Source: Eledone cirrhosa
Taxonomy: Eukaryota
Assembly: GCA_964016885.1 (NCBI GenBank)
Contig: OZ024748.1
Location: 48,918,001 to 48,982,000 of the forward strand
DNA length: 64,000 nucleotides
Reading direction: 5' to 3'
In this document: positions 1 through 13,815 of the stretch, piece by piece
Layout: every line of letters starts with the position of its first letter
Position numbering within the stretch: position 1 is the first letter of the stretch
Translations under genes and position numbers: made by a program
Notes under the pieces: model-generated
Told to the model about the DNA's origin: nothing
What the model saw: the letters and a program-made list of their open reading frames with translations, nothing else
The model's database searches: none

Positions 1-45
1 CAACCACCACAACAACAACAACCACCACCACCACCACAACACCAC

Positions 46-78
<33 letters not shown>

Positions 79-545
79 CTACCACAATAACAACCCCCCC
101 CCACCACCACATCATCACCACCAACTACCACCACAACAACAACAACCACCACCACAACACCACCACCACCATCATCATCACCATCATAATAACAACCACA
201 ACCACAACCACCACCACAACACCACAACCACCACCACAACACCACAACCACCACCACAACACCATCATCACCATCATCCACTACCACAATAACAACCACC
301 ACCACCACCACCACCACAACATCATCACCACCAACTACCACAATAACAACTGTAACAACAACAACTACTACCACAACCACCACCACCACCACATCATCAC
401 CACCAACTACCACAATAACAACTGTAACAACAACAACTACTACCACAGTAACAACCACAACCACCACCACCACCACACCATCATCATCATCACCACCAAC
501 TACCACAATAACAACCGTAACAACAACTACTACCACAACAACATC
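1..545. repeat. Degenerate CAC/CAA/CAT trinucleotide repeat
   Basis: Directly visible; explains the poly-Val ORF. Confidence 0.95.
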
Positions 546-629
546 ATTGAAGTTTATTGTATTTATGGCCTCAATGTTTTTTGTTTTCTCTTTTAAGAGT
601 GTTTATTGGATTTTACATCTATCAGCTAA

Positions 630-2820
630 ATATCATATCCTATTATATTGTATTATATTGTATTGTATCATATATTATATTATATCATATATTATACTAT
701 ATTATATCATATATTATACTATATTATATTGTATTGTATTGTATATTATATTATATCATATATTATACTATATTATATTGTATTGTATTGTATATTATAT
801 TATATCATATATTATACTATATTATATTGTATTGTATTGTATATTATATTATATCATATATTATACTATATTATATTGTATTGTATTGTATATTATATTA
901 TATCATATATTATACTATATTGTATTGTATTGTATATTATATTATATCATATATTATACTATATTATATTATATTGTATTGTATTATATCATATATTATA
1001 TTATATATTATACTATATTATATTATATCATATATTATATTATATATTATACTATATTATATTATATCATATATTATACTACATTATATTATATCATATA
1101 TTATACTATATTATATCATACTATATTATATTATATCATATATTATACTATATTATATCATACTATATTATATTATATCATATATTATATTATATCATAT
1201 ATTATACTACATTATATTATATCATATATTATACTATATTATATCATACTATATTATATTATATCATATATTATACTATATTATATCATACTATATTATA
1301 TTATATCATATATTATACTATATTATATCATACTATATTATATTATATCATATATTATATTATATCATATATTATACTATATTATATTATATCATATATT
1401 ATACTATATTATATTATATCATATATTATACTATATTATATCATACTATATTATAGTATATCATATATTATACTATATTATATCATACTATATTATATTA
1501 TATCATATATTATATTATATCATATATTATACTATATTATATCATATATTATACTATATTATATTATATCATATATTATACTATATTATATTATATCATA
1601 TATTATACTATATTATATTATATCATATATTATACTATATTATATTATATCATATATTATACTATATTATATTATATCATATATTATACTATATTATATT
1701 ATATCATATATTATACTATATTATATTATATCATATATTATACTATATTATATTATATCATATATTATACTATATTATATTATATCATATATTATACTAT
1801 ATTATATCATACTATATTATAGTATATCATATATTATACTATATTATATTATATCATATATTATACTATATTATATTATATCATATATTATACTATATTA
1901 TATCATACTATATTATAGTATATCATATATTATACTATATTATATCATACTATATTATATTATATCATATATTATACTACATTATATTATATCATATATT
2001 ATACTATATTATATCATACTATATTATATTATATCATATATTATATTATATCATATATTATACTATATTATATCATACTATATTATAGTATATCATATAT
2101 TATACTATATTATATCATACTATATTATATTATATCATATATTATACTATATTATATTATATCATATATTATACTATATTATATCATACTATATTATATT
2201 ATATCATATATTATACTATATTATATCATACTATATTATATTATATCATATATTATATTATATCATATATTATACTATATTATATTATATCATATATTAT
2301 ACTATATTATATTATATCATATATTATACTATATTATATCATACTATATTATAGTATATCATATATTATACTATATTATATCATACTATATTATATTATA
2401 TCATATATTATATTATATCATATATTATACTATATTATATCATATATTATACTATATTATATTATATCATATATTATACTATATTATATTATATCATATA
2501 TTATACTATATTATATTATATCATATATTATACTATATTATATTATATCATATATTATACTATATTATATTATATCATATATTATACTATATTATATTAT
2601 ATCATATATTATACTATATTATATTATATCATATATTATACTATATTATATTATATCATATATTATACTATATTATATTATATCATATATTATACTATAT
2701 TATATTATATCATATATTATACTATATTATATTATATCATATATTATACTATATTATATTATATCATATATTATACTATATTATATTATATCATATATTA
2801 TACTATATTATATTATATAT
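630..2820. repeat. AT-rich minisatellite, core unit about 27 bp (atcatatattatactatattatattat)
   Basis: 27-nt periodicity (e.g. atcat at 2466 and 2493); explains the Y/I/L/H ORFs. Confidence 0.95.
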
Positions 2821-2825
2821 TAGAC

Positions 2826-2995
2826 GGTAGAAGATCGGACGCCATGCTTTGACGCATAGAGTTACGGCCCTTGCCATTCTGTGTTCCAATCCCGCTGAGG
2901 TTAACTTTGCCTTTCATCCTTACAAAGTCGATAAAATAAAGTACCAGTAATGCACTAGGTAATTGCTGGCCTTGTGCCAAAAGTAGAAACAATTA
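2826..2995 (+). mobile_element. tRNA-derived SINE, family A (5' clipped)
   Basis: B-box-like gttccaatccc, core ggttaactttgcctttcatcc...gtcgataaaataaagtaccag, tail gccaaaagtagaaacaatta. More than 12 copies in the window. Confidence 0.85.
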
Positions 2996-3411
2996 TATTA
3001 TATTTTATCATTATATTATATTGTATTGTATCGTATTATATCTTATTGCCACATGTCGTGCCATGTCATGTCATGTCATGTCGTTTCTGTCAAGTATTAA
3101 TGCCATAATTGGCCACCAGTGTCAACATGTTGATGGCTGCTATTACAGTTATCACTCATATTTCTATTTCCTCTGTAATTAATAACCTCTAAATTCCAAG
3201 GTTACATTTTAACTATATTTTAAATTGGAGTTGGGAGTAAAAAGAAACCACTGTGTGGTTAAGCAGTTTTCTTGGTAACCAAGTGCTGTTAAGTTTCCAA
3301 CATAATTTCTTATATAAGGACCTTTTTTGTTATGTCACAAATACTATCTTAACGATGAAATAATTGATAATTTTAGTAAATCCTTCCAAATTCTTCACTA
3401 ATCAATTTAAT

Positions 3412-3884
3412 TGCAGTTTCATGAGGTACAGGACATTAAGAGTTACCTAAAGTAACTCCTCATCACTAGATCATAGTATATATTTTTGGTGAATACCTTA
3501 ACATTTTGGTGAACACCTTAACAGTTTTGTACTCTTTCATTACTGAAGATTCATGACCATAGGAAAGGGATGGCACGAATACCAAATTGAAGATAATGAG
3601 TTTGCCTTTTACACCTACCTCCCTTCTTCTGATGACAGAATGCAGGAGGAGGAGATCTTAGCATAAGTATTAAGGTTTAATTTTTAGTTGACTTTATTTT
3701 ACTTGGGCTGTAGACTTAACCGGTCACCCATTTAAACCCCACATTTAACCCTTAGAAATATGGCAATAAAAGGGTTAAGGTGTTCACCAAAATGTTAAGG
3801 TATTCACCAAAAATATATGCTATGATCTAGTGATGAGGAGTTACTTTAGTTAGCTCTTAATGTCCTGTACCTCATGAAACCGCA
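3412..3884. repeat. Inverted repeat with ~110-bp arms (3412-3522 / 3774-3884); spacer holds a small LINE fragment
   Basis: gtttcatgaggtacaggacattaagag...gaacaccttaac is mirrored by gttaaggtgttc...tgtcctgtacctcatgaaac. Spacer 3550-3640 aligns with LINE sequence at 40250-40330. Confidence 0.9.
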
Positions 3885-4466
3885 TTAGAATGGCATTCAA
3901 GTACAAAGCAGCACTGTGACTGCATCATATTAAAAACAAAAGTCTTTAGCAACATTCTGTCCTCTAGTAAAGATACTATAACCATTTGAATTAACAAACC
4001 ACATTTACAAGACATTCTTAAAAGGTACAAAACAGCTTTTTGACCACATCTCATTAAAGTCTTTATTTTAGTTTACTGCAAATTCTCACACTAGTACACT
4101 AGTAAAGACACTGCACATTATTGAATTAACAAACTAGTTTTTAGATATTTTCTGTGAAATGATTACAGGATGTTGTTAAAAGTTAAATAAAACAGAAAAG
4201 ACAAAATGTCATAATTCAAGATTAAATTTTCTTTTTTAATTTTAAATTAATAAAACTGGAATGAGAGGGTTGAATTTTAAAAAAAATTAAAATATTACAC
4301 ACTAAAATTAAAATATGAACTCTACAAAAAAAAAAAAGAGAAATGTCTAATTTTCTAATTAAATTAAAAATTCGAAATACTGTTCTAGAAAACATCTCAG
4401 TTTTATCAAATTAGAAAAAAATTGAGAGAAGAAAAAAACTTTGATTTGCAATGTCAGATATGCTTT

Positions 4467-4498
<32 letters not shown>

Positions 4499-4521
4499 TA
4501 TACACACAGATATATACACAT

Positions 4522-4820
4522 ACATATGCACATATTGGTTATATTGAATATTAATAATAATGTTCGATTCATTTGAGAATACTCAGCCAATGTATACATA
4601 AGAAAATACTATATATTTTCAACAGTTCAACACATTGACAGAGAGGTATACAGTCCTGATGAAGGGTAATGACCCAGAAACATGTTGATTGTTTCTCAAA
4701 GCCAGTGTTGAACCAACAGGTGATGATTGGTCACTAGCACAGCTTCTAATCGGGCTTGTTTGTTTACAAGCGAATCAAACATTATTATTAATGTTCGATA
4801 TAACCAATACGTGCATATGT
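4522..4820 (+). mobile_element. Short PLE-like cassette with 54-bp terminal inverted repeats and an internal hammerhead motif
   Basis: Arms 4522-4575 and 4767-4820 are reverse complements with about 6 mismatches. Hammerhead core at 4656-4686. Confidence 0.6.
4650..4692 (+). ncRNA. Minimal type I hammerhead ribozyme motif
   Basis: acagtc CTGATGA a-GGGT aatg ACCC-a GAAA CATG T T gattgt. Helix III palindrome ACATGT; the base of stem II is an A-A mismatch. Confidence 0.65.
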
Positions 4821-4832
4821 GGGTGTATGTGT

Positions 4833-4881
<49 letters not shown>

Positions 4882-4986
4882 TATGTATATATATGTATAT
4901 ATATTTGTATGTACGTATGCATACTTACTTTTATGTATCAGCTGTGCTAGAACGAGAAATAAAATTCTTATTTTATTTTATATATA

Positions 4987-5460
4987 TCATCATCATCATC
5001 ATCATCGTTTAACGTCCATGTTCCACGCTTGCATGGGTTTGGACGGGAGTTTTCCCACTTGAGGCAAGAGTGGTTGTCTTGCTCGCATAGGACTGTCTGG
5101 CGGGTTTTCTACAGCTGGATGCCCTTCCTAACACCAACCACATTTACAGTGTGGGACTGGGACGTTTTTACCGTGTTGCCTACACGGTCACATTACAGCG
5201 TGGACTGTCTGGCAGGTTTTCTACAGCTGGATGCCCTTCCTAACACCAACCACATTTACAGTGTGGGACTGGGACGTTTTTACCGTGTTGCCTACACGGT
5301 CACATTACAGCGCGGACTGTGTGTTTTTTTTTTTTGTCGTGACACCTACACGATCTCATTTGTTTCGGCCTGGATTTTGTGGCACCAACATAACTTTACA
5401 TTGAAAGGGGCGGTGTGGATGGGGTGGGGGTGGTGGGACGGGGGTGTATTTTGTTAGAGA
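4987..5460 (-). mobile_element. SINE family B with RTE-type (GAT)n tail; carries an internal ~111-bp tandem duplication
   Basis: Minus strand reads ggtgttaggaagggcatccagctgtagaaa...ccatgcaagcgtggaacatggacgttaaacgatgatg. 5091-5201 is repeated at 5202-5312. Related copies at about 10495, 12180, 15105, 15620, 16200 and 25248. Confidence 0.7.
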
Positions 5461-5548
5461 TGCCCACTGACTGTAGTAAGTTTTACTTTGTATTTAGGTA
5501 ACGCGGGTCTTCTCTATTACTGAGTACCGCCAAAGCTCTCGGTCCAGT

Positions 5549-5593
<45 letters not shown>

Positions 5594-5658
5594 CAACTAT
5601 GTACCCTAAATGTTCTAAGTGACTAGGATTCTAGTTACACATTTTCGACATTCCTTAT

Positions 5659-5703
5659 GCTCTGATGATCTCTGACTTCCCTCTGGAAGAAACAATTGTC
5701 AGC
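5659..5703 (+). ncRNA. Minimal type I hammerhead motif in a ~150-bp cassette between (TA)n tracts
   Basis: gct CTGATGA (degenerate stem II ending ttcc ctct ggaa) GAAA CAATTG T C agc. Palindrome ACAATTGT, GUC triplet, AATAAA at 5705. A 12-bp direct repeat taaatgttctaa occurs at 5607 and 5707. Confidence 0.65.
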
Positions 5704-5740
5704 TAATAAATGTTCTAAACTAAAATTTGATTGTTTTAAC

Positions 5741-5798
<58 letters not shown>

Positions 5799-5849
5799 TG
5801 AATTTATATACTTCAGCTGCTTTGTACACAATCAAATATCTAACTGAAT

Positions 5850-6031
5850 TACTGTATAAACTCAAATATAAGCTGAGGAATGTGTAATAAAAAATTGTTG
5901 GTAGGTTTCGGTTTATATTCAGGGGTCAATATTTTGAAGATTTCCACCAACTTGAAAGTTTAAGTAAATAAGGTTTGGATTTTTGCCCATTTCTCAGACA
6001 TAAATTAGTGGGGTCTTCTGATATTCAAGTA
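5850..6031. mobile_element. MITE copy (same family as 36912-37105), right TIR cut by a Helitron
   Basis: Starts actgtataaactcaaatataagctgagg, like the 36912 copy, and ends atattcaagta at the Helitron CTAG end. Confidence 0.6.
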
Positions 6032-6955
6032 CTAGCAGCAGGACCCAGCGTTGCACGAGGTACAAAACGTGAAATAGCAACACGCATATGCAAAGATTGA
6101 GGTATGTAGCTGTGTACTTTTTGAATTCCCTTTTTCTCAGGGAATGATTGAGGGGCTATATAGTCAATTGTGTGAAAACAAAGTAGGTATGTACGTGTAA
6201 GTAGGGATATTGAGATGACGAAATCAGTGTGGCAACGCAGCTGCAGCAGAAGGGGGTCATAGTGCAATTAACACAAATGCTGGGCAGCATTGCGTTTACA
6301 CAGCAACAAAGGTGCGACAAAAGGGGTCACCACGGAATTAGCACAACCGCTGTTCGGAGTACTTGAGTATACTGCAGTGTAGGTGCAACAAAAGGGGTCT
6401 TAGTAGAAGTAGCACAGACGTGAGTTTTACGGTGTCAATAACACGGCAACGTACACAGGGCCCAGATTTGCACATGATGAAAGCACAAAGTGTCAACAGG
6501 GCACCAACAAAAATTTTAAGGTCCTCCTCATTTCCTGAATCCCCCCAAAATGGTCCTGCTTAAAAGTAATTAAGTGTTGTGTCCTCTGTTAAATAAACCA
6601 AATTTTTAACGAAATATTATACAATACAATGTTTAAGTAGCATTTATATTGAAAATGAAAATGGCATGTAATGCCCAATGCTAATTCGTAAATTTCCTAG
6701 AAAACATTAATTAAATCAGAAAATTTTTTTGTCCACAGCAATGCGAGGGGACTAACTAATGTTATGCCTAAAAAAAACAACCTAAAAATGCGGTTTTTTG
6801 CCTAATGCAGGCCCTAGGGCAGAAAAAGTTAAACTTTTTTTTAGCCCATTGCACTTCAAGAAATATAAGTAACGCATGTGTAAAGTTTGAAAAAAATCGG
6901 TCGGGTACTTCTCGAGTTTTAAGGATTTACACAGACAGACAGACAGGCATAGAGA
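6032..6955 (-). mobile_element. Non-autonomous Helitron
   Basis: Minus-strand 3' end acctcgtgcaacgctgggtcctgctgCTAG|t (GC hairpin plus CTAG). The 5' region (6875-6950) is homologous to 30385-30455. Confidence 0.75.
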
Positions 6956-8624
6956 TATATGATAACTACCACTGTAAGCACTAACATTATGCAAATTAAT
7001 AATTCCTGTTCTCTAGTTGTTCTGCCACATCTAATGGATATACAATATATTTGGTTGTGTGATTCTTTGTTGACTGTGAAGGATGTAGACAGTTTCAAAG
7101 ATTGAAACTCAAATCAAACTGGTCGTTTTTTTAATCTAGAGAAAAACACATAAATAAGATAGGTTTACATACTCAAATATAAAAATATGCGTGCACGTGT
7201 GCTTGTCTGTGTGTATGTGTGTGTATGTTATGCACACAAATGCAAACTTATTCAATTTATTTCCAACTATATTTCATTTTATTTTATTTTCCATAGAAAT
7301 AAAAGTAGCTTCCATAATATATATTTTTTTAAAGTTATTTTATTTATCCAGGGTAGTGTAAATCTGAGTCACACATTAGCAGGCATGGGCTGGGAATGGA
7401 ATCTGAGAGGAGGTCCTTGGAATAAAATATTCTATCTAGAAACGTTTTAAACTGACAATTTGTAATAAATGGTGGTTTGCTGAATACTGAAGAAGCATTT
7501 ATATGATGAATAAGTATGTTAGAGCCTGGTCACATGATCAACAAATACTGTTCCTGTTTGTGTGGCTGCTATAAAAGTATTTGACGTGGGATAAATTTGA
7601 TATTTAACCAGATAAGTAAATAGGTAAATAAATAAATTGAACATTAAAAAGGTGAGAACTGTACAAAAAAAAAGTTGCTGTGGTGACAGATAAAATAATT
7701 TGATTTATGTTTTGCTACTTGATAGAAAGCCATTATAAGCTACTGGTATTGATTTTTAATTTAGGCAGAGGCTAACGAGGGGGGAAAGTCGATTACATCA
7801 ACCCAACTGTATGACTGGTATGATTTCTTCCAGAGAAGGAGGGAGGAAAGATCAATCCCAATACTGGACTAGTCTTATTTTTTTTATCGACCTTCAATTG
7901 ATGAAGGCACATAGTTTAGTGGTTAGAGAATTGGATTTGCAATAGTGAGGTTGGAGTTCAATTCTAAGACCAGGCAATGTGTTATGTCCTTGAACAAGTC
8001 ACTTTATTTCACATTGCTCTATCTGCCAGGAGTTGTGAGAGGTAGATAGTATCAATAATTTGAAAGACCTGTGGAAACATTGTGTCCTTAGTTCAATTTG
8101 ATGAGTTCCACCCAACTCAGTAAACGAATGAAGTCTAGGATCTTGTCAAAGGATTCAATTAATGAAAGGCAAACTTGACCTCACAGGGATTTGAACAGAG
8201 AATATAACTAAATGCTGCAAGTCATTTTATCTAACAACTCTGCCAATTCACTGCACTATTGTATATTAAGGATTCCTGTAATTGTGGTGCCTCTCAAAAT
8301 GTTTTTTAAACCACTAATGTTAGATTTATAGATATGTACGAGGGTCAGATGAAAAGTTCATAGGCTTACTAATACTTTCATGGAATGACCAAATGAGGTT
8401 TAATTTTCAACACAATTCCTGGAAAGAAACAATGTTGTTATTATTAAAAATTAATGCATGCAAGATTCCACAATTCTAGCATCACTCTTTCATAATCAGC
8501 CTATGAACTTTTCAGCCCACCATTGTAAGTCCTGTTCCACTGTATGCAATAAAACCAGGTTGTTGCGTCACCTATCATATACCACATCTGATGTGATATC
8601 ATCAAATGAACCTTTTTCTACATG

Positions 8625-9938
8625 CCTGTACCACACTTCTGTAACCTGTTCCACACTTCTGTAACCTATACCACACCTCTGTAACCTGTACCACACTTCT
8701 GTAACCTGTACCACACTTCTGTAACCTGTACCACACTTCTGTAACCTATACCACACTTCTGTAACCTATACCACACTTCTGTAACCTATACCACACTTCT
8801 GTAACCTATACCACACTTCTGTAACCTGTACCACACCTCTGTAACCTATACCACACTTCTGTAACCTGTACCACACCTCTGTAACCTATACCACACGTCT
8901 GTAACCTGTACCACACCTCTGTAACCTATACCACACTTCTGTAACCTATACCACACTTCTGTAACCTATACCACACTTCTGTAACCTATACCACATTTCT
9001 GTAACCTATACCACACGTCTGTAACCTATACCACACGTCTGTAACCTGTACCACACTTCTGTAACCTGTACCACACGTCTGTAACCTATACCACACGTCT
9101 GTAACCTATACCACACTTCTGTAACCTACACCACACTTCTGTAACCTACACCACACTTCTGTAACCTATACCACACTTCTGTAACCTACACCACACGTCT
9201 GTAACCTATACCACACGTCTGTAACCTACACCACACACCTGTAACCTATACCACACGTCTGTAACCTACACCACACGTCTGTAACCTACACCACACGTCT
9301 GTAACCTATACCACACGTCTGTAACCTATACCACACGTCTGTAACCTACACCACACATCTGTAACCTATACCACACTTCTGTAACCTATACCACACGTCT
9401 GTAACCTATACCACACGTCTGTAACCTACACCACACATCTGTAACCTATACCACACGTCTGTAACCTACACCACACATCTGTAACCTACACCACACGTCT
9501 GTAACCTATACCACACGTCTGTAACCTATACCACACGTCTGTAACCTATACCACACGTCTGTAACCTACACCACACGTCTGTAACCTACACCACACGTCT
9601 GTAACCTATACCACACGTCTGTAACCTATACCACACATCTGTAACCTATACCACACGTCTGTAACCTATACCACACTTCTGTAACCTACACCACACGTCT
9701 GTAACCTACACCACACGTCTGTAACCTGTACCACACCTCTGTAACCTATACCACACATCTGTAACCTATACCACACGTCTGTAACCTACACCACACATCT
9801 GTAACCTACACCACACTTCTGTAACCTATACCACACGTCTGTAACCTATACCACACTTCTGTAACCTACACCACACGTCTGTAACCTACACCAGACTTCT
9901 CTAACCTACACCACACTTCTGTAACCTACACCACACTT
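8625..9938. repeat. 20-bp minisatellite (ccacacNtctgtaacctRYa), about 65 copies
   Basis: Strict 20-nt register. Confidence 0.97.
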
Positions 9939-10184
9939 CCAAAAACCAAATGCACAGACACACAAATAATACACATCCTGATAATTCCTATTTAAACAAG
10001 AGTTGTCTTCCTTAGAAAATAAATCAACAAAATTTTCTGAGTTATGACCCTTTTCCACGCGTGACTTTATAACGGAATCTTTTTCAAACATTCTAACTGT
10101 ATCTTATGCTGTTCGTCTACAACCCTGGACATGCCTAGGCCTTGAAACCTAAGGTAGCACAATACATGTTATGTATATGAATCA

Positions 10185-10367
10185 TAATTGTTTCTACTTT
10201 AGGCACAAGGCCAGCAATTACCCAGTGCATTACTGGTACTTTATTTTATCGACCCCGTAAGGATGAAAGGCAAAGTCAACCTCGGCGGGATTTGAACTCA
10301 GATCGTAAAGGGACGTAACTCTATGCTGGAAAGCATGGCGTCCGACCCTCTACCGATACTGCCAATC
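10185..10367 (-). mobile_element. SINE family A
   Basis: Reverse complement of the family A consensus. Confidence 0.85.
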
Positions 10368-11395
10368 ATAATAATGAATAATTAGCTCTCTTGTATTAGA
10401 TTGTGCACTCTTTCCTTTTTCCTTCCCATGGACGTTTTTGCTGCGTATACACACACACATGCATGCACACCTGTACACACACACACAAAGAAAAAGTTGG
10501 TGATAGGAAGGGCATCCATCTGTAGGATCCATGTTAAAAGAGGGTAGGAGGACTCGTCAGCTGTATCAAATACATGAGAACCTCCCTAGTGCTGGTGTCA
10601 TAATAGAATGCAACCAATACACACTGTAGAGTGTTTCATCGTATGTAAGAGAGATACATGCTCTTCATCCCATTTGAGAGGTTAGTAGCTCCAACTAAGA
10701 ACCTGCTAACCCGGTCCATGATGGACGACCCATCCAACCCTTCCTTGTTTAGCCACTTTACACAGCAATTTCACAAATAGTTTGTTCCGTTGATGTTAAT
10801 CACATCAACTGGAACACTCAATGTCGGAACCAACGAATGTTTTACGGAAACAACACCCACAACAACAACACCGACAACAACAACAACAACAATGACAACA
10901 ACATCGACAATAGCATCAACAGCATCAACAACAATGACAACAGCAACAATATCATCAACAACAACATCATAAACAACGACAACAAACAACATCAACAACA
11001 ACAAACAACATCAACAACAACATATACTGTAATATAGTGAAATGTTTTACTGTCACAATCATCTACTATTAGACATTTCAGAATGTCCATGTATCAGGTT
11101 TACATTTATTTTATATATATTTATGTTTTTCTATTTTCCCTCTTGATTGATGGTGATAATGTCCTTGCATGAATCAAACCTTGTTTTTATCAGTTTTACA
11201 AGATTCAATCCAATAAGAGGAAGCCTCACTTGACTTCAGTTCCTCCCAATTGGAGAAGCTTTTATTTTGAATTTCAAAAGAAATTTTCTTTTCTTTGGCC
11301 TCTCAGCATGTCAAAGATAGGTTTACCCCCCCCCCTCTCTCTCCCTCTCTCTCTCTCTCCACACACACACACACACATATATGTATTTATGTGTG

Positions 11396-11427
<32 letters not shown>

Positions 11428-12684
11428 AGTGTATGTGTGTATGTATGTATATATGTATGTATGTGTGTATATATATATATGTATATATATATATGCACAC
11501 ACATATATTCTATCTCTTTTTTTCCCCCTCTTTATATTTTATGCACTTTCATTTCTTTTACATTATTTCCCTTCTAATTTTACCTTTCCCTTTGTGTCTA
11601 AGTGTGCATGAGTGCCTGTGTGTATGTGTGTGTGCATGAGTGCCTGTGTGTATGTGTGTGTGCATGAGTTTCTGTTTGTGTGTGTGTGTGTGTGTGTGTT
11701 GTTATGCATGTGTTTATATATGTTTGTGTGTATGTAAATCTAGTTTAATGTTCTATAGAATTCAAGTGATGTGGTTCTTTCAAGCTATACAAGACGTAAT
11801 TGTTTGAATAAAATATTTTTCTCCAAAATAATGGTCTATTATATAGAAAGTGCTGTGGACACCTATTGCTTTCCATAGTAGCATGACATTGCTTCCTAAG
11901 CCATTTTCTGCAGCTCTCATCTCATAGTATGTAAACAGCACCGACCATACATTTAAAATAGAGTGGTTTAGCATAAGGAAGACCAATTAGCAATGACACA
12001 CTGTTGTATAGAACATACAAATCACATATATCTATCTCTCTATCTATATATATATATATATATATTTATTGTTCTCTCATTTTCCTCCTTCCCCTCTTCT
12101 TACGCTTATCCCTCATCCTTTCATCTCTTAGATTTGTTGTTGAAGCACACTAACGTTACACACACACACATAAAGTGTTTGGTAATAGGAAGGGCATCCA
12201 GCTGTAGAAAGCTTGCTAAACAATATGTTGGGAGGCCCCTTCAGTTGTTAAAACATGACAACCTTTCTTGAGCACAAGACCACATGTAAGGAAGAATGCT
12301 GGCCCCTGTCCTGTTTTGGATCTCAGTAGACCTGCTTCAGTATTGACTCAATCTGTGAAGACCTGTCCAACCCATACTAGCAGGGAAAGCAGATGTTAAA
12401 TGATGATAATGATATGCCTGTGCATGTATATCCCCATATCTCTGTTTACATTTTCTGTTTGTTTATGTCTGACAATCAATAAAATAAGTACCAGACTTGA
12501 AAAATAAAATCACTGGAAAATGATGCGCTCCATCCACATCAAGGCAGTGCTGCAGCCTGGCCACAGTATATATTGTTTATTTATGTCTGGTGACTTAGAT
12601 GTTCAACTAAATGAGATTGATAAGATAAGTACTAGACTTGAAAAAAATAAAAGGCAGTACTCCAGCATCTAAAGTTTGTCTTGA

Positions 12685-12950
12685 GTCCGGAGGCTCATCA
12701 GGCTGTTGCTTATCCTCGTTTCTGTGCTGTGAAGCGAGTGAGATTACAAAACTTCCCCCTGGACAGGATGCCAGTCTATCACAGGATTAAACCTCCAGAT
12801 ATTGCTGTTACTCACTTTCAGCTGAGTATACTGGAGCAATGTAAAATGAAGTGTTTTGCTCAAGAACACAACATGCAACTCAGCCTAGGAATTGAACCCA
12901 CGACATTGTGATTGTAAGTCCAACAACCTTACCACTAGGCCATATACCTC
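12685..12950 (-). mobile_element. tRNA-derived SINE, family C
   Basis: Minus-strand head with A-box tggcctagtgg and B-box ggttcaattcc, followed by gttgtgttcttgagcaaaacacttca. Confidence 0.7.
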
Positions 12951-13779
12951 CAGTAGTGCTCCAGCATGGCCATAGTATAATGACTAAAACAAGTGAAAGA
13001 GTAGCAGTATATAGCAGTATAGTAGTGTGTACTGAGTAACATCATCCATGATCATATCTCTTGAGAGGTTGGAACTGAAGACTCCTAGATGGCAATGAGA
13101 AATTAATTTCTAAAACATTCAATTCTATAAAAACCATAATGGAGGATATTAGATTTAGATAAATTCTTCTACTTGTTTTTATTTTTTTTTTTTTTTTTTT
13201 TTTTTAATATTCAGCTTATTTTATATAAGTAATATAAGTAATTAATTTTACATAGAAAATTAATTATTTTTTATTTTATTTTTTAAGTCCAGAATTTTAA
13301 ACATCAGCTATAAAAGACCTTGGAAAAATAAATTAAATTTCATTTTTTTTTTTTTTTTTTTTTTTTTTATATAGCAATTTTATCATTTTCAATTAATTGA
13401 TACACACGCAGACACACACACATATATATACATATATGCATCATCATTTAATATGTTACTAAGGGATATATATTTATATTATATACATGTTGTGTACACC
13501 CCCCCCCCCCACACACACACACAATAACATTAATTCTTTAGTAGTTTATAATAAAATATTTCCAACATTGTTTTTTTAATAACCTTGTTAATCCTTGCAT
13601 ATCTTATGAATATCTGTCATTTAATCTCTTCTCCTCTAGATTGTAATATGACTCAGTGTAGTTTTGTGTACATGCGTGTAGGTGTGTTTGTGTGTGTGCA
13701 TGCATGCACATATGCGTGTTTGTGTGTAGGTGCTTTAGATTTAATAATATGTATCTATATTAGTTTGTTGAAGATTGTG

Positions 13780-13815
<36 letters not shown>

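Noticed and set aside
547-2354. Y/I/L-rich ORFs of 300-570 aa
   Set aside because: Translations of the 27-bp AT satellite.
3543-3595. CTGAAGA/CTGATGA heptamers at 3543, 3629, 7487, 12694(-), 18236(-) and 36772
   Set aside because: No properly placed stem II-GAAA-helix III-UH; expected by chance or part of LINE/SINE sequence.
3872-4054. Minus-strand ORF containing YLLRMSCKCGLL...VFN, reminiscent of the MBD5 MBD motif YLLTDGTCKCGLECP
   Set aside because: Wrong strand relative to the gene, ECP absent, spacing to VFN wrong and no splice context; most likely chance. A tBLASTn with an MBD5 MBD domain would settle it.
8625-9938. Regular array that could be mistaken for CRISPR
   Set aside because: Head-to-tail 20-mers with no unique spacers; eukaryotic context and no cas genes.
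11194-11290. Possible exon after ttgtttttatcag encoding ...VPPNWRS, like the VPxGWxR start of an MBD
   Set aside because: No following SPSG/CKCG motifs and no convincing donor; runs into microsatellite.
12890-12950. tRNA-like A/B boxes here and at about 7910 and 25255
   Set aside because: They continue into SINE bodies and do not form complete cloverleaves; SINE heads, not tRNA genes.
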